Assembly (NCBI GenBank): GCA_002683405.1
Contig: NYTH01000008.1
Coordinates: 54,040 to 118,039, forward strand
Origin: Salinisphaeraceae bacterium
GTDB taxonomy: Bacteria; Pseudomonadota; Gammaproteobacteria; Nevskiales; Salinisphaeraceae
Reading direction: 5' to 3'
Length of the DNA stretch: 64,000 nucleotides
A model generated the notes under the pieces. It worked only from the letters and a program-made list of their open reading frames with translations, was not told the origin of the DNA and did not search any database. The position numbers were made by a program, and so were the translations under genes. This document shows, in pieces, positions 44,020 through 52,235 of the stretch; the first letter of the stretch is position 1, and each line of letters starts with the position of its first letter.

Positions 44020-45915
44020 ATGGAACATCATTTAAGCCAGGCCCTGATACTCATCGTTTTTCTGGGCATCCTCTCCCAATGGCTCGCCTGGCGTCTGCGG
44101 ATACCGGCCATCGTGCTGTTTCTCGCCAGCGGTGTGATCGTGGGCCCGCTGCTGGGCCTGGTGAATCCGAGCGAGGATTTTGGCGACGTTCTGCGGCCGG
44201 TAATTGGCCTGGCGGTGGCCATCATTCTGTTCGAGGGGGGTCTGAATCTTCGCTATCACGAATTCAAGGAAGCCGCGTCGGGCGTGAAGCGACTGGTGGT
44301 GCTGGGTGCACCACTGGCCGGTATTCTGGGTTCGCTGGCCGCGCATTACATCGGCGCCCTGTCGTGGCCCACCTCGCTGCTGCTGGGCGCCATTCTCATC
44401 GTCACCGGGCCGACGGTCATCATCCCGATGCTGCGGCAGGCCGGGCTCAACCGGCGCACGGCGTCCTACCTGAAGTGGGAAGGCATCATCAACGATCCCA
44501 TCGGCGCCCTGTTGGCGGTGATGGTGTTCCAATATTTCGTGCTGACCGGCGGCGAGGGCAGCGGCGAGGAAGTCTTCATCGAATTCGGCTGGGCGGTGGC
44601 CAGCTCTCTGCTGCTGGGCGTGGGCACCGGCTGGGTGCTCGGTCAGGCGTTCTTGCGCAGCATGGTGCCGGAATACCTGAAGGCGCCCGTCACTTTCGCG
44701 ATCGTGCTGGTGGTCTACGGCGTGGCGAACCTCACCTTCCACGAGGCCGGGCTGCTGGCCGTCACCGTGATGGGCATGGTCATGGGCAATATGGACCTCC
44801 CCAGCATGGCCGAAATGCGCCGGTTCAAGGAATACATCACCATCCTGATGATCTCGACGGTGTTCGTGACGCTGACGGCCGACCTGGACCCGGTGGTGCT
44901 GTCGCATCTGGACTGGCACGCCGCGGCGCTGGTGGCGGCAGTCATGTTTATCGTGCGGCCGGCGGTGGTCTTTCTCTCCACGCTGTTCACCGATATGGAC
45001 TGGCGCGAACGCACGCTGGTGGGCTGGATCGCCCCGCGCGGTATTGTGGCCGCGGCGGTGGCCGGCGTATTCGGGCCCCGCATGGTGGAGGCGGGCTACC
45101 AGGACGCCGAGTTGCTGCTGCCGATCGTGTTTGCCGTGGTGTTCTCGACGGTCATACTCCACGGGTTTTCCATCGGCCGAGTATCGCGCTGGTTACGGCT
45201 TTCACAGGAGCCGCACGGCGTGCTCATTGCGGGGGCGTCGCCCTGGAGCACCGAGCTTGCCCGCGCGCTGACCAACGAGCTGAACGTGACGGCCATCCTG
45301 GTGGACTCCTCCTGGCATCGACTGCGTGCGGCCCGCCTGGCCGGTGTGCGCGTGCTGTATGGCGAGGTGCTGTCCGACCAGATTCAGCAGTCGCTCGAGC
45401 TCAACGAGATCGCCTGTCTGCTCGCGGCCACCAGCAATGACGCCTACAACGCCCTGGTCTGCGGCAATTTCGCCGCCACGCTGGAGCCGGAGCGCGTATT
45501 TCAGCTCCCCATGTATGCCGCCGAGGAGGACAACAATTCCAAGGTGGTGTCCCGGCCGCTGCGTGGGCAGCCGGCGTTCAGCGACAGCGCGCAGTACGAG
45601 GAACTCTGGCGGCGCCACTTTCAGAACTGGCAGTTCTACAAGACCCGTATTACCGACACCTACCGCTATGACGACTTCCTCGAGGATTGCCCGCCCGACG
45701 CCATCATGATCGGCATCCTCTACGAGGACGGCAGCCTGATATTCCAGTCGGCGCGCGAGCCGGAAAAACTGCATCCCGGCGAAACGCTCATCTACTACGC
45801 GCCCAAGAAGAGCGGCGGCAACAACCGGCGCAAGGAAGGCCCGGCGAAGGACGCCACGGCCGAGTCGCCGGCAGACGATGACAAGACCGAATCCGCCCAG
45901 CCTGGCGACGCCTGA
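44020..45915 (+). CDS. CPA1-family Na+(K+)/H+ antiporter with a C-terminal RCK/KTN-like cytoplasmic domain
   Basis: 631 aa. Polytopic N-terminal ~400 aa ('LFEGGLNL', 'GPTVIIPML', 'INDPIGALLAV'). The C-terminal ~230 aa are soluble, with the Rossmann-like 'VLIAGASPWSTELARAL...AILVD'. Confidence 0.9.
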   Translation: MEHHLSQALILIVFLGILSQWLAWRLRIPAIVLFLASGVIVGPLLGLVNPSEDFGDVLRPVIGLAVAIILFEGGLNLRYHEFKEAASGVKRLVVLGAPLAGILGSLAAHYIGALSWPTSLLLGAILIVTGPTVIIPMLRQAGLNRRTASYLKWEGIINDPIGALLAVMVFQYFVLTGGEGSGEEVFIEFGWAVASSLLLGVGTGWVLGQAFLRSMVPEYLKAPVTFAIVLVVYGVANLTFHEAGLLAVTVMGMVMGNMDLPSMAEMRRFKEYITILMISTVFVTLTADLDPVVLSHLDWHAAALVAAVMFIVRPAVVFLSTLFTDMDWRERTLVGWIAPRGIVAAAVAGVFGPRMVEAGYQDAELLLPIVFAVVFSTVILHGFSIGRVSRWLRLSQEPHGVLIAGASPWSTELARALTNELNVTAILVDSSWHRLRAARLAGVRVLYGEVLSDQIQQSLELNEIACLLAATSNDAYNALVCGNFAATLEPERVFQLPMYAAEEDNNSKVVSRPLRGQPAFSDSAQYEELWRRHFQNWQFYKTRITDTYRYDDFLEDCPPDAIMIGILYEDGSLIFQSAREPEKLHPGETLIYYAPKKSGGNNRRKEGPAKDATAESPADDDKTESAQPGDA

Positions 45916-46553
45916 TGCAGTGGCCGGACGCCGGGCAGCGCGCGCGCGATCTGCTGGAGGGGCCGGCCGGCGTGCTGGAGTGCGAAATCGCCGCCCCCGA
46001 GAGCTCGCCAGCGGGGGTGGCGATCGTCTGTCATCCGCATCCGCAGTATGCCGGGACCATGGATAACAAGGTGGTCTACACGCTCATGCGCAGCTGCCTG
46101 AAGAGCGGGCTGGCTACGCTGCGCTTTAATTTCCGCGGCGTGGGCCGCAGCGAGGGCGACTACGACGCCGGTCGCGGTGAGACCGATGACGCCGCCGCGG
46201 CCGCCGAGTGGCTGCAGCGACAGCAGCCCGGTCTGCCGCTGCTCATCGCCGGTTTTTCCTTCGGCGCAGCCGTGGCGCTGCGATTGGCGCTGCGGTCGGC
46301 GCCGGCGGGGCTTGTCACCGTGGCCATGCCCACGAACTATTTCGACAGCGTCGCCTCGCCCGGCTGTCCCTGGCTTGCGGTGTACGGATCCGGCGACGAC
46401 GTCATCGACGCTGACGCCTCAATGGCCGCACTGAGCGCTCTGGATGATGGCCCGCGCATCGAAGTGCTCGACGGCGCCGGGCATTTCTTTCACGGGCGGC
46501 TGGGAGAAGTCGACCGGCTGGTCGCGCCATTCTGCGCGCAGCATGTGTCATGA
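45915..46553 (+). CDS. Alpha/beta-fold hydrolase (COG2945-like)
   Basis: 212 aa with 'IVCHPHPQYAGTMDNKVV' and the nucleophile elbow 'AGFSFGAAV'. The start overlaps the antiporter stop by 1 nt. Confidence 0.8.
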   Translation: MQWPDAGQRARDLLEGPAGVLECEIAAPESSPAGVAIVCHPHPQYAGTMDNKVVYTLMRSCLKSGLATLRFNFRGVGRSEGDYDAGRGETDDAAAAAEWLQRQQPGLPLLIAGFSFGAAVALRLALRSAPAGLVTVAMPTNYFDSVASPGCPWLAVYGSGDDVIDADASMAALSALDDGPRIEVLDGAGHFFHGRLGEVDRLVAPFCAQHVS

Positions 46554-47170
46554 CGCGGTGGCTTGCCGCCGGAATAGTCACGATCTGGTCGGTTTATGGC
46601 GTCGCCGGCGACCTCATGCAGGACATGTCGGCATGGGAAACGCAGCCTTTTGACGAGATCCAGCCCAGCCGCTACAGCGTCGATGCCGCGCCCGAGGCGC
46701 CAGTCATTACCGGCCGCTGCGACAACAGTGCCTCGCTGTTCGGCCTGCGCCGGGAGATCGATCTGCGGCGCACGCCCACGCTGCACTGGGAATGGCAGGT
46801 CGACGGCGTGTATCCGGGCATCGACGAACAATCGAAATCCGGCGATGACTTTGTCGCCCGCGTTTATGCGGTCAAGGATGGGGGGCTTCTGAAATGGCGC
46901 ACCCGCGCGCTCAACTACGTCTGGGCCAGCGAGGCCGCGCCCGGCACGCACTGGCCCAATCCCTTTCGCGAGCAGGCCATGATGATTGCGTTGCAGCAGG
47001 GGAATGCCCGGGTCGGCGAGTGGGTGGCCGAGTCCCGGAATATCCGGGAAGACTTCAGGCGTTTCTTTGATCGCGACGTGGACAGCATCGACGGAATTGC
47101 CATCATGACCGATTGCGACAACCACGGCGGCCAGGCAGAGGTTCGCTTTCGCAACATCCGGTTTCGATGA
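46550..47170 (+). CDS. DUF3047-like secreted protein
   Basis: 206 aa with a hydrophobic N-terminus. 'SGDDFVARVYAV' and 'LNYVWASE' resemble DUF3047 as I remember it. ATGA overlaps on both sides. Confidence 0.6.
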   Translation: MTRWLAAGIVTIWSVYGVAGDLMQDMSAWETQPFDEIQPSRYSVDAAPEAPVITGRCDNSASLFGLRREIDLRRTPTLHWEWQVDGVYPGIDEQSKSGDDFVARVYAVKDGGLLKWRTRALNYVWASEAAPGTHWPNPFREQAMMIALQQGNARVGEWVAESRNIREDFRRFFDRDVDSIDGIAIMTDCDNHGGQAEVRFRNIRFR

Positions 47171-47502
47171 GCGGCCGGCATGCGGACCCGTCGGGCACCG
47201 CCCGTTTTGCCGTAGGCATGGTCATTCGACATCGCCTGTTCGGTTATCGCGGCGTGATTGCCGACGTGGATGCGGCGTTCGGTTTGTCGGAGGCCTGGTA
47301 TGCCCGCATGGCCCGTAGCCGTCCGCCGCGCGATGAGCCCTGGTACCGGGTACTGGTGGACGGCGGCGAACACGAAACGTACGTGGCCGAGCGAAATCTG
47401 GAGCGCGACGATTCGGATGAACCCATCCGGCATCCGGCTGTCGATGAGTTCTTTGACCTGTTTGAAGCCGGCCGCTACCGGCCGCGGGAGTATCGGATGT
47501 GA
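47167..47502 (+). CDS. hspQ: Heat-shock protein HspQ (YccV, hemimethylated-DNA-binding fold)
   Basis: 111 aa from ATG 47167. 'RFAVGMVIRHRLFGYRGVIADVD' and 'PWYRVLVDGGEHETYVAERNL' are the YccV-family core. Confidence 0.85.
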   Translation: MSGRHADPSGTARFAVGMVIRHRLFGYRGVIADVDAAFGLSEAWYARMARSRPPRDEPWYRVLVDGGEHETYVAERNLERDDSDEPIRHPAVDEFFDLFEAGRYRPREYRM

Positions 47503-47954
47503 GTTTGCTTGAACGCCTAAAGACCAGCCTGACGGTGGACGAATCCGCCAGCGCGAGTGACCGGCAGCATGATCTGCAGATTGCGGCCGCGGTGCTGCTG
47601 CTGGAAATGGAGCGCGCCGATGACAACCTCGAGTCCACCGAACGCAACGAGATGCAGCGGCAACTCGAGCAGATGTTCGATCTGACGGCCTCGGAAAGCG
47701 AGGAACTGCTCAGTGCGGCAGAGCCGACGGCGGACGAGGCCATTACGCTGCATCGCTTTGTTGAAGCCATCAACGAGGCGTTCGATATCGCCCAGAAACG
47801 CGCCGTGCTCACCATGCTCTGGCGCGTGGCCTTCGCCGATGGCGATCTGGATGCGCACGAGGAGCACCTTATGCGCAACGTGGCCGACTGGCTGCATCTG
47901 GCCCATCGCGATTTCATCCAGACCAAGCTCGCGGTGACCGAAGGCGAGGCCTGA
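47499..47954 (+). CDS. TerB-family (tellurite-resistance TerB-like) protein
   Basis: 151 aa with a GTG start overlapping the hspQ stop. 'IAAAVLLLEMERADDNLESTERNEM' and 'LWRVAFADGDLDAHEEHLMRNVADWL' fit the TerB four-helix, acidic metal-binding repeat pattern. Confidence 0.75.
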   Translation: MSLLERLKTSLTVDESASASDRQHDLQIAAAVLLLEMERADDNLESTERNEMQRQLEQMFDLTASESEELLSAAEPTADEAITLHRFVEAINEAFDIAQKRAVLTMLWRVAFADGDLDAHEEHLMRNVADWLHLAHRDFIQTKLAVTEGEA

Positions 47955-47964
47955 TCAGCCGCCC

Positions 47965-49437
47965 ATGGCCATGACGCGCGCGACCCTTTTGCGGCTGCTG
48001 ATCCTGCTGGCAGCGCTGTTCTTCATGCTGGGCAGCCTGCTGTTCGTCCTGGGTGCGGTCGAGCGTCTGGTGGATCTCTGGGAGCGCAGCCTCGCGCTTT
48101 CCCCGGTGCTGGCCGCCGGCCTGGCGCTGCTGCTGGGTCTGTTCGTGGCGGCGACGCTCTGGCTGATCTGGTGGATCATGCGCCCGCCACGCCGCCGGCC
48201 CCGCGAAGAAACCGTCAGCGCGGCTTCGCTCGATGCCCGTCTGGCACGGGCCCGCGACAGCGGGCTGGATACCGGGGCGGTCGACGCCGAACTCGAGGAA
48301 CTGGCCCGGCGCCGCGAGGCGGCCGAACTGCATATTGCACTGTACGGCCAGGTCAGCATGGGCAAGTCGTCGCTGGTGGCGGCTCTGCTGCCCGAGGCGC
48401 GGGTGCAGACCGATGTCCGCGCCGGGACCACGCGGGCGCTGCAGCGCTATCTCTGGGAGGGTCCGCGGGGTGATCGAATTACCCTGACGGACGCGCCCGG
48501 CCTGAACGATCCCGCCGCTGATGCGCAGCTGGCGCGCGAGGAGGCGCTGCGGGCCCAGATCGTCATCTATCTGTGCGACGGGGATCTCACCCGCGATCAG
48601 TGGCAGGCACTGCGGGACCTGGCGGCGCAGGACAAGCCGCTCATTGTCGCCATCAACAAGATCGACCGGCTGGAAAGCGACGATCTGGCCCGGATCCGCG
48701 AGCGTCTGGAACAGGGCCTTGCGGGCAGACCGCGCCTGCAGGTGGTGGCCGTGAATACGGGGGGGCAGGAAGAGATGATTCGCGAGCGCCCCGACGGCCA
48801 GGAGGAACGCGTGCTGCGGCCGCGCGCGGCGGACGTGGCCGAACTGATCGAAGCGATCGAAACCCAGCTGCTGGCCGGCTCGGACAAGCTGGACGGCCTG
48901 CGCGACACCGCGATTCTGCACCTGGCTTCTGGCAAGCTGGACGCCACGCTTGATGCTCAGCGGCTCGAGAAGGCCGAGGCGCTGGTCGCCGTCTACACGC
49001 GGCGCGCGGTGCTGGGCGCGCTGGCGGCGGTGTCGCCGGGCTCCGATCTGGTTATTCAGGGGGCCCTGGCCACTCAGTTCGTGCGCGAGCTGTGCAAGCT
49101 CTATGACGCGGTGCCCCGCGAGCTGGAAATCGAGAAGCTGCTCAGGTCGGCCAATCGACGCGTGCGGCGCAACTCGGCCGTGGTACTGGCGATTGCCGGC
49201 AACGGCCTCAAGGCCTTTCCGGGGGCGGGCACGGTCACCGGCGGGCTGATGCATGCCGTAGCCTACGGACTGCTGTTCGACACGCTCGGCCGGGCCATGG
49301 TCCACAACCTGCGCACCCGCGGGCAGCTGCGGACCGAACCGACCGCCGATGTCTTTGAAAGCCTGCTTGACGAGGACCTGCTGCCGCGCGCCCGGCGCAT
49401 GGCGTCGCTGGTGCTCAAGCGCCAGGGGCGTCGCTGA
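47965..49437 (+). CDS. Membrane GTPase with C-terminal DUF697 (YcjF-like) domain, paralogue 1
   Basis: 490 aa with two N-terminal TMs. G1 'GQVSMGKS', G3 'DAPGLND', G4 'INKID'. C-terminal hydrophobic DUF697-like region 'AVLGALAAVSPGSDLVIQ...AIAGNGLKAFPGAGTVTGG'. Confidence 0.8.
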   Translation: MAMTRATLLRLLILLAALFFMLGSLLFVLGAVERLVDLWERSLALSPVLAAGLALLLGLFVAATLWLIWWIMRPPRRRPREETVSAASLDARLARARDSGLDTGAVDAELEELARRREAAELHIALYGQVSMGKSSLVAALLPEARVQTDVRAGTTRALQRYLWEGPRGDRITLTDAPGLNDPAADAQLAREEALRAQIVIYLCDGDLTRDQWQALRDLAAQDKPLIVAINKIDRLESDDLARIRERLEQGLAGRPRLQVVAVNTGGQEEMIRERPDGQEERVLRPRAADVAELIEAIETQLLAGSDKLDGLRDTAILHLASGKLDATLDAQRLEKAEALVAVYTRRAVLGALAAVSPGSDLVIQGALATQFVRELCKLYDAVPRELEIEKLLRSANRRVRRNSAVVLAIAGNGLKAFPGAGTVTGGLMHAVAYGLLFDTLGRAMVHNLRTRGQLRTEPTADVFESLLDEDLLPRARRMASLVLKRQGRR

Positions 49438-50819
49438 TGGCGAATTCATCCGGACCCCACGACCCGGCGGAAGGCCAGGGCGGCGCTGTGCCGGGGACCC
49501 GGGACGACTTCTGGCGCATCAAGGAAAGCCTGCGTGCCCTGCTGGATGATCCGCACGTGCCGCCCGGCATTCGCGAGAACCTGCGCGCCGATTACGACAC
49601 TCTGCGCGCCATGCTCGACAAGCTCGAGCAGGAGCAGGTTCACATTGCGGTGTTCGGCCGCGTGTCGGTGGGCAAGTCGTCGCTGCTCAATGCGCTGATA
49701 GGCGCACCGCGCTTCACGGTGAGCGCGCTGCATGGCGAAACGGCTCGACCGGCCATGCAGTCCTGGGAAACGGTGGCCTCGCAGGGCGTTTATTTCATCG
49801 ATACGCCCGGTATAAACGAAGTGGACGGCAAGGCGCGAGAGCAAATGGCGGTCGAGGTGGCGGGTCGCAGCGATCTGGTGCTCTTCGTGGTCGACGGCGA
49901 CATGACCGCCAGCGAACTGGACGCGCTGGAACGAATCTGGATGCAGAGCCGCCCCATGCTGCTGGTCCTGAACAAGGCCGACCAGTACACCCGCGAAGAA
50001 CAGCAGCAGCTGCTCGAACGGCTGGGTGAGCGCGCCCGGGGCCGCGTGGCGCCCGAGGATATCGTGGCGACCAGCGCGCATCCCGGCGAACGGATTTATC
50101 TGGTCGCCGACGAGGCGGGGCAGGAGATCGAGCAGCGACGGCGTCCGCCGCCCGACGTGGCGGCCCTGAAGGCCCGGCTGATCCGCATCCTGGAAACCGA
50201 GGGCAAGATGCTTGCCGCCGTCAACGCGGGTCTGTTTGCCGGCGAGTTGAGTGATCAGGTCGCGCGCCGCGTCACGCAGGCCAAGCAGGAGGTGGCGGCC
50301 CGCGTTATTCGCAACTACTGCATCGGCAAGGGCGTGGCGGTGGCCGTGAACCCGGTCCCGGTGACCGATCTGGCGGCTGCTGCGGCGCTGGATATCACCC
50401 TGGTGGTACATCTGGGGCGAGTCTACGGGCTGCCTGTCACACGGGGCGAAGCTGGCCGCCTGATCGCCCAGATTTCGGCGCAACTGGCGCTGCTGATGGG
50501 CGCGGTCTGGGGCATGAACCTGCTGTCCTCGGCATTGAAGACGGTCAGTGTGGGCGCGTCCGTGGCCATCACGGCGGTGGGCCAGGGGGCGGCGGGTTAC
50601 TATGCGACCTACGTGGTTGGCCAGTGCGCCGAGCACTATTTCCTGCAGGGCAAATCCTGGGGCGCGAAAGGGCCCAAGACGGCCGTTCGCGATATCCTGT
50701 CGGGTATCGACCGGCGGTCCATTCTGCAGCAGGCGCGGGAGGATATTCGCGCCCGGCTGCGAACGCAGCCGGGCCGGTCAAGCTGGTTTTCGCGCCGTTC
50801 GCGATCGGAGGACAAATGA
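49437..50819 (+). CDS. GTPase with C-terminal DUF697 (YcjF-like) membrane domain, paralogue 2
   Basis: 460 aa. G1 'GRVSVGKS', G3 'DTPGINE', G4 'LNKAD'. C-terminal 'AVAVNPVPVTDLAAAAALDITLV...AVGQGAAGYYATYVVG'. The start overlaps the stop of paralogue 1 by 1 nt. Confidence 0.8.
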   Translation: MANSSGPHDPAEGQGGAVPGTRDDFWRIKESLRALLDDPHVPPGIRENLRADYDTLRAMLDKLEQEQVHIAVFGRVSVGKSSLLNALIGAPRFTVSALHGETARPAMQSWETVASQGVYFIDTPGINEVDGKAREQMAVEVAGRSDLVLFVVDGDMTASELDALERIWMQSRPMLLVLNKADQYTREEQQQLLERLGERARGRVAPEDIVATSAHPGERIYLVADEAGQEIEQRRRPPPDVAALKARLIRILETEGKMLAAVNAGLFAGELSDQVARRVTQAKQEVAARVIRNYCIGKGVAVAVNPVPVTDLAAAAALDITLVVHLGRVYGLPVTRGEAGRLIAQISAQLALLMGAVWGMNLLSSALKTVSVGASVAITAVGQGAAGYYATYVVGQCAEHYFLQGKSWGAKGPKTAVRDILSGIDRRSILQQAREDIRARLRTQPGRSSWFSRRSRSEDK

Positions 50820-51190
50820 GCAAACAACGGGTGGCCGGGCTGGCCGTACTGGTTTTCCTGGCCGGTTGCGCCGGTGAAGAGCCGGGTAAGCTGACTATTG
50901 ATAATGCCCGCTCGGCCGGTCTGGAGACCGACCGTCAGCAGCTGTTCGACATGATAGAGGCCGAAGACGGCTGGAGCGGCTACTGGGCCGGCGACCGGGT
51001 GGAGCTGTACCAGTACGAACGCAGCTCAGACGTGAAGCGGGACTTCTTCGAGGGCGTCGTGGCCGTGAGCCAGGAAGAAAATCACGGCTGGGTGGAGTTC
51101 TGCCAGCAGAAGAACCTGATCATGCTGTCGAAGGGCAAGCATGCCTGCACGCGGCTGGAGACGGTCACCGCCGGCAACCCCGTCGAATAG
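50816..51190 (+). CDS. Small lipoprotein of unknown function
   Basis: 124 aa from ATG 50816 (ATGA overlap with the GTPase gene). Lipobox 'LVFLAGCAG'. No family recognised. Confidence 0.6.
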   Translation: MSKQRVAGLAVLVFLAGCAGEEPGKLTIDNARSAGLETDRQQLFDMIEAEDGWSGYWAGDRVELYQYERSSDVKRDFFEGVVAVSQEENHGWVEFCQQKNLIMLSKGKHACTRLETVTAGNPVE

Positions 51191-51195
51191 CGTCG

Positions 51196-51624
51196 CTACT
51201 CGGGGTAGAGGGCCTGACGCGCCTGCACTGGAATCATCGGCCCGTCATCGGGCCGAACTTCCAGGTCGAAGATCAGCAGGTCGTCGTTGCGCACCGGAAA
51301 CTGGGCGATGTAGTCCACCACGCCCGCCTCGCGCACCTCGCGAAATGTCAGATCACGGCCGTTGCCCAGCAGGTCGCGCACGCGGCCCTCGACGCTGCCC
51401 GACACGGCGTCGCCGAGGGATTGGTCGCGCGCGTCCCGGCGGATATTGACGAGCATGACGCCGGTTCCGCCGCTGCGCTGGACGCCCACCCGGCGCGCGA
51501 TGTCGGGCGTGAGCGTGGTGCTCATGAAGGCGTTGTAGTGAATGCGGTACTCGCCCTGCTGTTTCTGGCCGGCCATGACCGGCGCCGCCAGCGCCAGGCA
51601 CAGTGCCCCGAGCCAGACGCTCAG
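51196..51624 (-). CDS. DUF4426-domain periplasmic protein (start codon uncertain)
   Basis: 'YRIHYNAFMSTTLTPDIARRVGVQRSGGTGVMLVNI' matches the DUF4426 family found after metW in pseudomonads. The signal peptide '[18 protein letters not shown]' has no canonical start. The alternatives are CTG 51624, ATG 51750 and ATG 51576. Confidence 0.6.
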   Translation of the reverse strand: MSVWLGALCLALAAPVMAGQKQQGEYRIHYNAFMSTTLTPDIARRVGVQRSGGTGVMLVNIRRDARDQSLGDAVSGSVEGRVRDLLGNGRDLTFREVREAGVVDYIAQFPVRNDDLLIFDLEVRPDDGPMIPVQARQALYPE

Positions 51625-52235
51625 CCGCGCTCTAGCTGATAAAGGGCGATTTCCCCGAGCAGGTTGGGAAAGACGCGAGTGCGCAGGCTGCTGGCGTGCT
51701 CGTGATTGACCACGTGCCGCTGCGTCACCCGGATGTGATTGCTGGCGCATAGCTTTTCGAAGTCGCGCACGGTGCACAGATGGATGTTGGGCGTATCGTA
51801 CCACTGGTTCGGCAGCGCCTTGGACACCGGCATGAGCCCGTGCCAGGCAATCGAAAGACGCGGGCGCCAGTGGCCGAAATTGGGAAAAGTGACGATGCCC
51901 TGGCCGCCGATTCGCAGCATCTCGCGGATCAGTTCATCCGGCTGCTGCACCTGCTGCAGGGCACTGGCCATGACGACCACGTCAAAGCTGTTGTCCTCGA
52001 ACTGGCCCAGACCGTCATCCAGATCGAGCTGCAGCACGTTGACGCCGGCGCCAATGCTGGCCACCACGTTGTCCGGATCAATCTCCAGGCCGTAGCCGCT
52101 GACCTGCTTGTCGGCCTGCAAATGCGCCAGCAGCTGGCCGTCGCCACAGCCCAGGTCCAGCACGCGAGCGCCGCGCGGAATCCAGTCGGCAATGATGCGC
52201 AGATCGGCGCGCAGTGGTTTCGAACCGCCCGTCAC
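51621..52235 (-). CDS. metW: Methionine biosynthesis protein MetW
   Basis: 204 aa with '[13 protein letters not shown]' and '[13 protein letters not shown]'. 4-nt overlap with metX. Confidence 0.93.
   Translation of the reverse strand: MTGGSKPLRADLRIIADWIPRGARVLDLGCGDGQLLAHLQADKQVSGYGLEIDPDNVVASIGAGVNVLQLDLDDGLGQFEDNSFDVVVMASALQQVQQPDELIREMLRIGGQGIVTFPNFGHWRPRLSIAWHGLMPVSKALPNQWYDTPNIHLCTVRDFEKLCASNHIRVTQRHVVNHEHASSLRTRVFPNLLGEIALYQLERG

Noticed and set aside
47499-47954. The TerB gene as part of a tellurite-resistance (terZABCDE) operon.
   Set aside because: No TerA/C/D/E/Z-like genes lie in the neighbourhood. Only the TerB fold is present, coupled to the GTPases.
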